Shown one piece after another: positions 1 to 9,753 of a stretch of DNA of 47,592 bases (position 1 is its first letter; each line of letters starts with the position of its first letter). Under the pieces are notes generated by a model, which worked only from the letters and a program-made list of their open reading frames with translations, did not search any database and was not told the DNA's origin. The stretch lies in assembly GCA_040220235.1 (NCBI GenBank), contig JAVJTO010000023.1; one strand, written 5' to 3'. Source of the DNA: Coleofasciculus sp. B1-GNL1-01. Lineage in GTDB: Bacteria > Cyanobacteriota > Cyanobacteriia > Cyanobacteriales > Coleofasciculaceae. A program made the translations under genes and the position numbers.

Positions 1-110
1 ATCTACTGGCGCTACAGTCTGCTTACCCTATTCGCGACTGAGGTTGTACCTAGACTTCTCCATCGCCAAACTTGGTAAGTGGCTCATCTGATTGCACATA
101 AAAATGTATT

Positions 111-205
111 TACAGCGCTTTTCACGTTTATGGAATACAAAATTGTATCGGCTTGCTTTTCAGCGCAATGATCGTCTGTAGTCTACTAACTTGAAAACTG
201 CTGTA
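111..205. mobile_element. MITE with imperfect terminal inverted repeats and flanking TA
   Basis: TTACAGCGCTTTTCA (110-124) versus TGAAAACTGCTGTAA (192-206): 13/15 inverted match, TA at both ends; non-coding interior. Confidence 0.65.
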
Positions 206-261
206 AGAATAGGAAAAATTTGGTTGTGCTGAGATATATATTACTATCCCCTTCATAATTC

Positions 262-300
262 AGTCCGCGCAGGCGGACTTTGTTTGTATAGCCGTGACTT
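262..300 (+). repeat. Dispersed cyanobacterial palindromic repeat (AGTCCGCGCAGGCGGACT family)
   Basis: Hairpin AGTCCGC-GCAG-GCGGACT; inverted copy GTCCGCCTGCGCGGACT near 42637-42653. Confidence 0.65.
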
Positions 301-330
301 CCTTTTCAACAGGGCAAAAAGGGATTTTCT

Positions 331-636
331 TTAGTCAACCGACGGTAAGGGGGGTTCTTCTTCCTTAACTCTGCGGATAGGAAGATTGGCAATTAACGCT
401 GTTGCCCGTTGGTTACTCTCTAGGGTAAACTCCAAACCCTCTTGATCAATCTCCACATAACGAGACACTACTTCTAGGATTTCGGAACGCATCGACTCAA
501 TCATCTGGGGACTGAGATCGGCGCGATCGTGGGCAATAACCAGTTGTAGGCGGCGTTTTACTTCCGCTCGACTGTTACTGGCACTTGTCCAGGGAAAAAG
601 TCGTTCTAGAAGTTCGCTAATCATGGGGTTTTGCAT
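331..636 (-). CDS. minE: Cell division topological specificity factor MinE
   Basis: [17 protein letters not shown] and LIANLPIRR motifs; follows minD. Confidence 0.97.
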   Translation of the reverse strand: MQNPMISELLERLFPWTSASNSRAEVKRRLQLVIAHDRADLSPQMIESMRSEILEVVSRYVEIDQEGLEFTLESNQRATALIANLPIRRVKEEEPPLPSVD

Positions 637-707
637 CCGTGGTGAGTGAGGAGTGGGGAGTGATGAGTTGGGTTAATTGAAAACTCAACACTCAAAATTT
701 CAATACT

Positions 708-1505
708 TCAACTGCGGAACATGCGACGGATACGATTAATCAAGGTGTCATGTTCTGCCATCAAATCCAGGAAAGGAACTTTATCGCCTTCCAAACGCCG
801 AGCAATATTGTGAATAGCAATACCGGGAAGCGTGAGATTTTCCGCTAGGGCTAAGGGTTCGCCCCGATTGCTAGAAACAATCACGCGCTCATCATCAGGA
901 ATCACGCCAATTAAGGGAATTGCTAGGATCTCTTGCACATCTTGAACAGACATCATTTGGTCAGCTTGCACCATAGCGGGTTTAAGGCGATTGACAATTA
1001 GGAAGATGCGCTTTATGCCTTGAGCTTCCAGTAAACCCACGACGCGATCGGCATCTCGCACGGCGGCAATTTCTGGCGTTGTCACGATTAACGCCTCCGA
1101 CGCCGCAATGATCGCGTTACGGAATCCCATTTCGATTCCGGCTGGAGAGTCAACCAAGATGTACTCATACTTCTGAGATAGCACAGCGATGAGTTTTTTC
1201 ATTTGCTCAGGGCTAACCGCTTCCTTGTTCCGGCTTTGGGCAGCCGGAAGCAGTACCAATCCCTCTTGGCGCTTGTCTTTAACCAACGCCTGTTCTAAGC
1301 GACATTGCCCTGCGAATACTTCAATGGCGGTATACACCACCCGATTTTCTAGCCCCAAGAGCAAATCTAAGTTTCTCAATCCAAAATCGGCGTCAACAAG
1401 TGCCACCTGACGACCTAATTTCGCGATCGCCGCGCCTAAATTCGCCGTAACCGTTGTTTTACCCACCCCTCCTTTGCCAGAGGTGATCACTATAATACGA
1501 CTCAT
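708..1505 (-). CDS. minD: Septum site-determining ATPase MinD
   Basis: Deviant Walker A SGKGGVGKTT, DADFGLRNLD, DSPAGIE. Confidence 0.98.
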   Translation of the reverse strand: MSRIIVITSGKGGVGKTTVTANLGAAIAKLGRQVALVDADFGLRNLDLLLGLENRVVYTAIEVFAGQCRLEQALVKDKRQEGLVLLPAAQSRNKEAVSPEQMKKLIAVLSQKYEYILVDSPAGIEMGFRNAIIAASEALIVTTPEIAAVRDADRVVGLLEAQGIKRIFLIVNRLKPAMVQADQMMSVQDVQEILAIPLIGVIPDDERVIVSSNRGEPLALAENLTLPGIAIHNIARRLEGDKVPFLDLMAEHDTLINRIRRMFRS

Positions 1506-2287
1506 GAATTTAACAATAACTGGGTCTTAGCAAAATCAGCAGCTCTAGCAATACGAATACCTTGGGGTGTGACATACGCCACTTCTGGATAAAACTCAAT
1601 CGGTGGCGTCTCCGGTGCCCTAGCCACAGCATCCGCAATTCGGAGTTGGGTGGGTTCCATTTTCAGAGCCATAATCCGACAGGAACGATTGCCATCAGCT
1701 CCCGCATGAGCTACCCCGCGTAGACGTCCCCAGATGAAGATGTCTCCGGCTGCAATCACTGTACCCCCCGGATTTAGGTCTCCCAGTATAACAATAGTAC
1801 CAGGATGCCGAATTTCTACACCCGATCGCACGGTCATTTGTAAGTATAGAGGTTCGGTTAACTCCTGAGAGAGTTCAGGGGTTTGATGGAGTGAATACGT
1901 TGCTGATTGTTGCTCGACACTATACCCGGCTGTCGCCGCAGCAACGGCTGTTTGTCGTCGGCTGGTGTACACCCGTGAGATTCGCAGCCCAACATCGTTC
2001 AATACATCCGCGATCGCTTGCAACTTCAGTCCATCCAATAGTTGGTCACCTGCCATCAGATGTACCGTACCCGGCACTTGCCAGAAGCGATCGCTTCCAT
2101 GACAGCGATGCTTAAACTGCTGCCACAGATCAGACCAACTGGCATCGGACATATCTTCCACTGAGGGCAAGATAAGCTGTAGCCCTTCCTCGGTCTGTTT
2201 CAGACGGACTTGAGACTGGCAATCCATTGCCATGTCGCTCTCAGCAACCGTTGACATCGATAATAGTTGGTCAGAATCTGAAGTCAT
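1502..2287 (-). CDS. minC: Septum site-determining protein MinC (ATG 2287 preferred over TTG 2317)
   Basis: C-terminal TVRSG..GDLNPGG..WGRLRGVAHAG; 4-bp overlap with minD. Confidence 0.95.
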   Translation of the reverse strand: MTSDSDQLLSMSTVAESDMAMDCQSQVRLKQTEEGLQLILPSVEDMSDASWSDLWQQFKHRCHGSDRFWQVPGTVHLMAGDQLLDGLKLQAIADVLNDVGLRISRVYTSRRQTAVAAATAGYSVEQQSATYSLHQTPELSQELTEPLYLQMTVRSGVEIRHPGTIVILGDLNPGGTVIAAGDIFIWGRLRGVAHAGADGNRSCRIMALKMEPTQLRIADAVARAPETPPIEFYPEVAYVTPQGIRIARAADFAKTQLLLNS

Positions 2288-2572
2288 GCAACCACAGGCG
2301 TTCTTATCGGCAAACAATCTAAATTAAACGACATCGTACCTTAAGCGCAAGTCTTGGTCGAGAATTTCTTCAAGGGTGTTCCTTCAACCTAGAACGTCCG
2401 ACAAGTTCCCTGAGATGCTAATAAATAGTAATAATAAGAATTATTTGAATGGGGGGTTAGAGAGACTGGGCTAAACGCTAACCTCCAGAGTCAAACGTTT
2501 TCACCAGTTCTCTCAAGATATGAACATCTACCCCCTTATCAGGTCTGACCTCTGGAGAGTAGAGTGGTATGT

Positions 2573-2851
2573 TTAAGTCAGTGGTGGACTACTCACCTCT
2601 GGAACCGTTGAAGCTGGCGATTGTTCTACTTCATCCCTTGAAGATGTAGTGTTTTGTGTCAGACCCGCTGAAGTAGCATAAACATCGGTCAGAGAGCTAG
2701 CTAAGTATTGCGAACTCTTTTTTGTGCGTTGAGCTACCATTAACAGCAAGTAAATCGCGACCAAATAAACAGTTGCCAGAACAGGAATAATCAAAGGCAT
2801 ATCAGTGTAAATCATAGTATGAACGAACAGCAAAGTTATGTAAGATTCCAT
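2573..2851 (-). CDS. Small hypothetical single-pass membrane protein (start uncertain: 2851 or 2815)
   Basis: Hydrophobic helix PLIIPVLATVYLVAIYLLLMVA followed by basic RTKK. Confidence 0.6.
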   Translation of the reverse strand: MESYITLLFVHTMIYTDMPLIIPVLATVYLVAIYLLLMVAQRTKKSSQYLASSLTDVYATSAGLTQNTTSSRDEVEQSPASTVPEVSSPPLT

Positions 2852-3389
2852 ATTCCATAGAAGCTGAAGCAACGGTACTAGCTGACCAGGGAGCAATAAA
2901 CCCTGACACCATGAACCCTAGGGAAGACTTCCCCAGCTTTTCAGTTGCTTCACTACTACTGACGGTGATGTGTACAAGCCTTTCCCCAACTCAGTTGGAT
3001 GAAGCTTGACAGGTTTCCTACCGGAAAGCTCCTGCTTATGTAAAATAGAGGACGACACTTAGTTAAACTACCAAGCCGTCATCCAAAACCTTGAGGCTAT
3101 CTCTGCCTACCTAACGGCACCTTAACCTACAGGTAAGGAAGCTAGTTGTCCCTACCATCTCGGAGTCAATCGGTCGATTAATCTTTTGAAATCCTTAATA
3201 TTTAGCTTAACATAAGAGTTCCAGCAATTTCTAGGAATTTTCTTATCAACTTAATAAGTCGATACAATTCCAGGGAGTCCCCTCAGTCAGGTTATTGGTC
3301 AAACAGATTTCCCTACTTGGGACGCTTCGCTTAAAATTAAGGAAAGAATATGTAAACTTTCGTAACCTAATTTCTGAGTCGCCCAATCC

Positions 3390-4361
3390 ATGACCTCAGT
3401 GACTTCCCTTTTTGCCCCTGTTGAAGCAGACCTCTATCTGCTGACCGAGAACTTAAAGAACCTAGTGGGTGCCCGTCACCCCATCCTCTATGCCGCAGCA
3501 GAACACCTATTTGGGGCTGGGGGCAAGCGGGTAAGACCAGCCATTGTCCTATTGATTGCGCGAGCGACGGTGCTGGATTCGGATATTACCCCCCGTCATC
3601 GACGTCTAGCGGAAATTACCGAAATGATTCATACCGCTTCTCTGGTTCACGATGATGTCGTGGATGAATCATCAGTCCGTCGTAATGTCCCCACGGTTAA
3701 TAATATGTTCAATAACCGTGTTGCCGTACTAGCTGGAGATTTTTTGTTTGGTCAATCGGCTTGGTATCTGGCTAATCTCAACAACTTAGAGGTGGTCAAG
3801 TTACTCTCCCAAGTGATTAAGGATATGGCGGAGGGAGAAATTCAGCAGGGACTGACGCGATTTGAAGCGAGTACCACCATTGATACCTATCTAGAAAAGA
3901 CCTACAAGAAAACAGCGTCCCTGATTGCCAACAGTTCCAAGTCAGCCGGACTGTTGAGTGGCGTCTCAGCCGAGGTAGCTGAAAATCTGTATCGCTATGG
4001 AAATCATCTAGGTTTAGCCTTCCAGATTGTTGATGATATCCTCGATTTCACTGCATCCACAGAGGTGTTGGGCAAACCGGCGGGTTCTGATTTGATTAGC
4101 GGAAATCTAACTGCCCCTGTCTTATATGCTATGGAAGAAAAACCCTACCTAGAGGTCTTGATTGAGCGAGAATTTGCCCAACCGGATGACATTAATCAAG
4201 CCTTGGCATTAGTGATGGAGAGTGGGGGTATTGAGCGATCACGTGAACTGGCGGCTTACCATGCTCGTCTCGCCTTAGAAAATCTGACGCCCTTGAAACC
4301 CTCGCCTGCTACGACAGCTTTAGTTGAGCTAACTGATTACGTCCTGAGTCGCATGTACTAA
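3390..4361 (+). CDS. sds: Solanesyl diphosphate synthase (trans-prenyltransferase)
   Basis: GGKRVRP, HDDVVD and VDDILD aspartate-rich motifs. Confidence 0.93.
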   Translation: MTSVTSLFAPVEADLYLLTENLKNLVGARHPILYAAAEHLFGAGGKRVRPAIVLLIARATVLDSDITPRHRRLAEITEMIHTASLVHDDVVDESSVRRNVPTVNNMFNNRVAVLAGDFLFGQSAWYLANLNNLEVVKLLSQVIKDMAEGEIQQGLTRFEASTTIDTYLEKTYKKTASLIANSSKSAGLLSGVSAEVAENLYRYGNHLGLAFQIVDDILDFTASTEVLGKPAGSDLISGNLTAPVLYAMEEKPYLEVLIEREFAQPDDINQALALVMESGGIERSRELAAYHARLALENLTPLKPSPATTALVELTDYVLSRMY

Positions 4362-4547
4362 TCAAAGGGAACAGGGAATGGAATATCCAATTGAAAAGCA
4401 CATCAGCTTAATGCAGCATGAATTAATGCAGCATGAAGGATGAAGCATTAGAATATCCTGGTTCCCTCCTCCATCCTCCATCCTTCCTTTGTCCTCGGCA
4501 TTCTTCATCCTTTGTCCTTGGCTAAGATGTGAATTCCGGTAAAACTC

Positions 4548-5306
4548 TTAAATTCCAGCTCCATCCAAAAATTGCTGAATCGCTTTATCTCGAAGTTGGC
4601 AGCTATCCGCCTTAACCATCGGAACCCGATCAGAATTCAAATCGCGCCAATTTTGCACAGGTGTCGATGACGGCTTTTCGCTTAACTCTGCCAACTTTTG
4701 TTCCAGGTTTTCAATCCGATCCACTAATGATCGAATCACAGTGGCTTCGGAATCTGGCAAACTACCGTGTTCTAGGGGATTAACGCGCACTCCAGAACGA
4801 TAAACGATGCGACCAGGAATACCGACAACTGTACAGTCAGACGGAACATCTCGCAAAACGACTGAACCTGCACCAATGCGAACATTGTTACCGATTTGAA
4901 TGTTACCGAGAACCTTGGCACCCGCACCAACGACAACATTTTCTCCTAAGGTGGGATGGCGTTTGCCACATTCTTTCCCTGTACCCCCTAGGGTGACGCC
5001 TTGATAAATCAGACAGTAATCACCCACAATTGCCGTCTCACCAATGACAACACCCATACCATGATCAATAAAGACACCTTGACCAATTTGGGCGCCGGGA
5101 TGGATTTCAATACCTGTCAAGCTGCGAGAAAACTGAGAAATAAAGCGAGGGATGAATGGAATCCCAATATTATGTAACCAATGGCAGAGGCGGTGAAACA
5201 GGAGTGCCTGTAGACCGGGGTAGCATAATAAAACCTCGAGCCAGTTGCGAGCAGCGGGATCGCGCTCAAAGATGATGCGGAAGTCAGCTAAAAACGTAGA
5301 TAGCAC
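4548..5306 (-). CDS. cysE: Serine O-acetyltransferase; likely GTG start at 5306
   Basis: ERDPAA, GIEIHPGA, IDHGMG, GGTGKECGKRHP hexapeptide repeats; longer ORF start would overlap the upstream gene. Confidence 0.96.
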   Translation of the reverse strand: MLSTFLADFRIIFERDPAARNWLEVLLCYPGLQALLFHRLCHWLHNIGIPFIPRFISQFSRSLTGIEIHPGAQIGQGVFIDHGMGVVIGETAIVGDYCLIYQGVTLGGTGKECGKRHPTLGENVVVGAGAKVLGNIQIGNNVRIGAGSVVLRDVPSDCTVVGIPGRIVYRSGVRVNPLEHGSLPDSEATVIRSLVDRIENLEQKLAELSEKPSSTPVQNWRDLNSDRVPMVKADSCQLRDKAIQQFLDGAGI

Positions 5307-5362
5307 AAGCGAGTTAAGACAAACAAACGTAAACAACTCCTTGACTATCTTATCGTTCTTGG

Positions 5363-5833
5363 CTACTCTCGCACAGTCAGGGTATAGTTCCAGGCTTGAT
5401 TGGGATTGATGGTTCCCACCCAAATTTTATACTCTCCTGCCTCAACGTTTGAGCGGGTTACACTAGCGTCTTTGCTTGCGCCCGTATCATCACCGCACAA
5501 GGCAAAGCCATTGGGTCCAGTAATCAATAATGTGGTGTCTTGACCGCCACTATCAACAGCAATCTGGAGCTGATTAAAATCTGCTTCTAAGTCTATGATG
5601 TGATCGGGAGTTTCTTCTGCATAACCCAAACAAGGATTATTTTCGCGATCGCGGTTCACTAGCGACGGCAATGAAAATGAACCCCCTGTCGTACCTATCG
5701 CCGCTCCCTCCTCTGAGGAAAATCCGGGTGATAAGGTTAACGTGCCAAAATTGGCTGACTGGGATAAAACGGGTGTAGCCGTTAGCGCTATCACCATGGC
5801 TATTAATACTTGAGAACCCCTTTGCTGTAACAT
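5363..5833 (-). CDS. Exported hypothetical protein, PPC-like beta-sandwich
   Basis: N-terminal signal peptide; DTTLLITGP..LCGDD and GEYKIWVG motifs. Confidence 0.75.
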   Translation of the reverse strand: MLQQRGSQVLIAMVIALTATPVLSQSANFGTLTLSPGFSSEEGAAIGTTGGSFSLPSLVNRDRENNPCLGYAEETPDHIIDLEADFNQLQIAVDSGGQDTTLLITGPNGFALCGDDTGASKDASVTRSNVEAGEYKIWVGTINPNQAWNYTLTVRE

Positions 5834-6033
5834 ACCTTAACTCTCCTGGAAACACTGATGGTGAACTTCTTTCCCTATCCCCCTTGAGTACCAGTTGATC
5901 AGACTGTCTACTCTTGTTCTATCTGATTTCCCGCTTATATATAGTTGAAGAGGTGACACCTTGGCATCTGCCACACTCGTTTGGCTCTGGAGGTACTGTG
6001 CCTTTAATTATCTTGATTTCGCTGCTGCTGATT

Positions 6034-6159
6034 ATGAGTTGGCTATTTTCAGAGGTTCTCGTCTTGTTTCCGGTGGATATCTTAAATGCATTGAAACCGT
6101 TCACCTCATTAACCCTGATTGTTGCCTTACTCGTTTTTTTGTGGTGCTTTGGCGAGTAA
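6034..6159 (+). CDS. Small hydrophobic protein (41 aa)
   Basis: ATG at 6034 inside ORF 5914..6159; ends in a hydrophobic helix and WCFGE. Confidence 0.5.
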   Translation: MSWLFSEVLVLFPVDILNALKPFTSLTLIVALLVFLWCFGE

Positions 6160-6278
6160 GATAATGGTAATGCCACTCTGCCTATAAATTAGGAACGCCA
6201 GTCTTGGCAAATAGAGGTTGGGTTTTGTCCATTCCACCCATAAGCAAACTTTTGATTGACTGAAGGAGAATTTCACCA

Positions 6279-6497
6279 ATGTTTCTTGATGAACTCACCC
6301 CTATCGTTAAAGAATTGTTCCAACAGCCTGTAGCATTCTTAGGCGGGTTTTGTTCAGGAGTGTTTCGACTCAATCTTTCAGATGACCCTGTTAAAAGTTG
6401 GCTCGATCAGCAAACGGGTTCCACCAGCTATACGACGACTCCGACAGGAAGTGACAATGGCAGGACGAACGGACCTCAATCTATCTCGATTGAATAG
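6279..6497 (+). CDS. Conserved small cyanobacterial/plastid protein (UPF0426-like)
   Basis: QPVAFLGGFCSGVFRLNLSDDPVKSW motif; AAGGAG RBS upstream. Confidence 0.85.
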   Translation: MFLDELTPIVKELFQQPVAFLGGFCSGVFRLNLSDDPVKSWLDQQTGSTSYTTTPTGSDNGRTNGPQSISIE

Positions 6498-6556
6498 AAC
6501 TCCGAGGGCGTAAGGACTAGGTTATAACGGGGGTAGCCAACTCGGATTTGGTATTA

Positions 6557-6700
6557 TAAATACCTGGACATAAATTCTGTTCGCTGTACTAAGAAACGTT
6601 AACGACCCTCACATCCATTGCCTGTTGCCTGTGACACACCGAGCGAAGTCGAGGTGTTGCCCAATCTCAACCGTTAACTTTAATTTTTTCCGACGACGTA
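6557..6700 (-). mobile_element. MITE, same family as 43697-43860 in opposite orientation
   Basis: Both ends match reverse complements of the 43697-43860 ends (AATCTCAACCGTT.ACTTTAATT; TACCTGG..ATAAATTCTGTT.GCTGTACTA); TA-flanked. Confidence 0.7.
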
Positions 6701-6958
6701 GCGGTTAAGCCGCGATCGCGTTCTGTCCAGGATGTAAGCTAGATAACCGACTAGAAAACCATTTCTAGGTTATCATTGACGATATCTGTAAGTTCAGTTC
6801 TACCTTTGGTGAGATTTTTGGTTGGGCAGCTACATTCCTAGTTGATCACCCTGGAAACTAACCACGGATTATCAGACAAGACTTTAAGCTATTTGCATTT
6901 TCGAGTTTTCGTCTGTGGCTCTGAACTTTAGCCTTTCGTTCAGCCTTATCGATTTCAA

Positions 6959-7249
6959 ATGACCATTTACATCGGAAACCTGTCTTACCAAGCCACCGAA
7001 GACGACTTAAAAACAGTATTTGCTGATTATGGCACTGTCAAGCGAGTCGTATTACCCACAGATCGGGAAACAGGTCGAGTTCGAGGCTTTGCTTTTGTCG
7101 AGATGACAGACGAAGCTCACGAAGAATCTGCTATTTCCCAACTAGACGGTGCTGAGTGGATGGGACGCCAGCTCAGAGTTAATAAAGCCCGACCCCGGGA
7201 GAATAATCGTGGTGGATCTCGCCGCAATACCGCTAATAATGCGTGGTAA
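6959..7249 (+). CDS. rbp: RRM-type RNA-binding protein (cyanobacterial Rbp family)
   Basis: RNP2 IYIGNL and RNP1 RGFAFVEM. Confidence 0.96.
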   Translation: MTIYIGNLSYQATEDDLKTVFADYGTVKRVVLPTDRETGRVRGFAFVEMTDEAHEESAISQLDGAEWMGRQLRVNKARPRENNRGGSRRNTANNAW

Positions 7250-7380
7250 CGCTAAAGCGAACCCGATTTAACGCTCTTTGAACCAGAAAAAATTTTACGC
7301 AGTAAGGGACATAAAGCCTGATTTTGCCTTGTGTCCCTTTTCTCGTATTTGCCGCTACAACGTTAGGACTCTAACGTTCA

Positions 7381-8463
7381 TTAATCTCCTAGACAAATTC
7401 CTAAACCTCTGGCGGTTTTCACCAGAGTCCCTTGGGAATCCACCGCTTTATACTGACCGATCGCGTCTAAAATCGGGACGCTGACAACCTGTCGATTTTG
7501 CCAGGTCACCATCTTATCGTAGTCCTGATCCGCAATTAAATCCACTGCCGCGACACCAAACGCCGAGGCGGTGAGACGATCTAAGGGTGAGGGAGTTCCA
7601 CCACGCTGGGTATGTCCTAACACCGTGACTCGTGTTTCTGCACCACTTAAGGCGCTAATGCGTTCGGCTAAATAATGACCAACTCCACCATAGCGACATT
7701 CGCCAAAACTGAGGATATTCTGCACCACTTCCCCGGATTCCGTGCGAACCGCTTCGGAGACAATTGCCACACTATAGTTTTTGCCCTGCTGTTTGCGCTG
7801 TTGGATTTGCTGGCAGATTCGTTCTAGAGTATAAGGGATTTCCGGAATTAGAATAATATCAGCACCGCCTGCAATTCCCGCACTAATCGCAATATGACCC
7901 GCATCGCGCCCCATAACTTCCAGGATCATCACCCGATCATGGCTAGCGGCAGTAAACTGTAAACGGTCTAGGGCTTCTGTGGCAATATTTACCGCTGTAT
8001 CAAATCCGATGGAACGCTCGGTAATCCCGACATCATTATCAATGGTTTTGGGAATCCCCACCAAATTCATTCCCCCTTGTTCAGCGAGTTTACGCAGAAT
8101 CGCTAAACTGCCATCACCACCAATCCCAATTAGGGCATCAAGTCCTAACTGATTGTACCCTTCGGCAATTTCCGCCGAGCGATCGCGTACTGTACCATCA
8201 GACATGGGAAATGCAAATGGGTTGCCTTTATTGGTGGTTCCCAGAATTGTTCCCGCCAAGGTTAGCGCCGCATCCACTTGCTTGGGTTCTAGGCGAGTCG
8301 CTTGGGGGGGACGCTGCATCAACCCTTGGGTGGCGCGATAAATGCCCCAAACCTCCCAATTGTACGTTCCCACCGCTCGGTGAACCACTGCTCGAATCAC
8401 CGCATTTAACCCCGCACAATCCCCACCACTAGTGAGAATACCAATCCGTTTGTGTTCTGCCAT
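7381..8463 (-). CDS. pfkA: 6-phosphofructokinase family protein
   Basis: TSGGDCAGLN, IGGDGS, PKTIDND, EVMGR, GHTQRGG. Confidence 0.95.
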   Translation of the reverse strand: MAEHKRIGILTSGGDCAGLNAVIRAVVHRAVGTYNWEVWGIYRATQGLMQRPPQATRLEPKQVDAALTLAGTILGTTNKGNPFAFPMSDGTVRDRSAEIAEGYNQLGLDALIGIGGDGSLAILRKLAEQGGMNLVGIPKTIDNDVGITERSIGFDTAVNIATEALDRLQFTAASHDRVMILEVMGRDAGHIAISAGIAGGADIILIPEIPYTLERICQQIQQRKQQGKNYSVAIVSEAVRTESGEVVQNILSFGECRYGGVGHYLAERISALSGAETRVTVLGHTQRGGTPSPLDRLTASAFGVAAVDLIADQDYDKMVTWQNRQVVSVPILDAIGQYKAVDSQGTLVKTARGLGICLGD

Positions 8464-8692
8464 ACTGTTTATAGTTTGGTTACCTCAGCCTGTTCATCCT
8501 CAATACTACAAGCTGAAACAACAGAGGAAGCCTATAGAGAATGACATTCTCCTACACTAACCCTATAGGTACAGTGTAGGCTTCCTTATTAGAGGTGACT
8601 CTTTCATGGCGGTGATTAGCTCAAGAAACCACTGTAAGCGGGGGAGTGTCAAGCTAAAATCAGCTTACCCGGAAGGAGTGCCAGATGGATGT

Positions 8693-8905
8693 TTAAGTAA
8701 GTCTTTTAGACGTTTGAGATTTAAGTAGTTTTGTGTAAGCAATAGGGATCACAAGGGGCCAAAATAAAGCCGCAATAACCAATGTAATCCAGGAGAGGAC
8801 TTTTTCTTGCTCAGATAAATTCCTCATGTCATCAGCCAACTCAAACCAAGTCATAAACAAATGAGTTCCGATTGTTACGTAAATAATGCCTATACAGTAA
8901 ATCAT
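8693..8905 (-). CDS. Small two-helix membrane protein
   Basis: Two hydrophobic segments; LFWPLVIPIAY motif; basic tail. Confidence 0.7.
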   Translation of the reverse strand: MIYCIGIIYVTIGTHLFMTWFELADDMRNLSEQEKVLSWITLVIAALFWPLVIPIAYTKLLKSQTSKRLT

Positions 8906-9072
8906 TAGTATTGAGTTCTTGCTTTAACTAAACTACCCGTCTCTGTTGATTAATTCAGACAAGTTAATTGATCAAATTTAAATTTAAATACTCTGAAGCT
9001 GATTAGACATCCGTAAATATACGTAAATCCCCTGCGCTAATTAGCGTACAGGGGATACGACAGTGCGATCGC

Positions 9073-9573
9073 TTAACTGGGGGATTGATACTCGCCGGAT
9101 TTGCCACCCCTCTTACTCAACAGGCGGATGGATTCAATTTGAATGGATTTCTCCAAGGCTTTTGCCATATCGTACAGCGTCAGGGCGGCAACGGAAACGG
9201 CAGTTAAAGCTTCCATTTCCACTCCTGTTTCAGCTTTTGTTGTCACCGACGCCTGAATCTGATAACCCGGTAATTGAGCATCCGGTTGGATGTGTACCTC
9301 GACTTGGTGTAGGGGTAAAGGATGACACAAAGGAATCAAGTTTGCTGTCTGCTTGGCTGCCATGATTCCAGCCAGTCGGGCGGTGGCTAAAACATCTCCT
9401 TTTGGTGCATTACCTGTCTCAATCGCCTGGAATGTCGCCGTTTGCATCCGTACTTGAGCTGCTGCGACAGCTTGGCGACGGGTAGCGGGTTTGCTGGAAA
9501 CATCGACCATTTGGGCTTGACCCTGAGAGTTTAGATGGCTGAGAGATGATTTTTTGGCAAAGTCTTGCGTCAT
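9073..9573 (-). CDS. moaC: Cyclic pyranopterin monophosphate synthase MoaC
   Basis: [36 protein letters not shown]. Confidence 0.97.
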   Translation of the reverse strand: MTQDFAKKSSLSHLNSQGQAQMVDVSSKPATRRQAVAAAQVRMQTATFQAIETGNAPKGDVLATARLAGIMAAKQTANLIPLCHPLPLHQVEVHIQPDAQLPGYQIQASVTTKAETGVEMEALTAVSVAALTLYDMAKALEKSIQIESIRLLSKRGGKSGEYQSPS

Positions 9574-9594
9574 TGGATAAAGATGTGATATTGT
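9565..9594 (+). promoter_or_regulatory. Putative sigma70 promoter of tRNA-Arg, overlapping the moaC start
   Basis: TTGCGT-18 nt-TATTGT with extended TG. Confidence 0.45.
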
Positions 9595-9621
9595 AAGTAA
9601 TCGGTGAGTCAATCACAGCTA

Positions 9622-9695
9622 GGGCTTGTAGCTCAGTGGACTAGAGCACGTGGCTACGGACCACGGTGTCGGGGGTTCGAATCCCTCCTAGCCCG
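9622..9695 (+). tRNA. trnR: tRNA-Arg(ACG)
   Basis: Cloverleaf; anticodon arm CGTGG-CTACGGA-CCACG; GGTTCGAATCC T-arm; CCA not encoded. Confidence 0.97.
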
Positions 9696-9753
9696 TTCAA
9701 TTGTTTATGATTATTTGAGTTAGTCGGGGGAATTCACAACGTTCCCCCTATTT

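Noticed and set aside
5307..5423. N-terminal extension of CysE
   Set aside because: Overlaps the upstream gene; family similarity starts at GTG 5306
9012..9023. CGTAAATATACG as an NtcA site
   Set aside because: Spacing is GTA-N4-TAC, not GTA-N8-TAC
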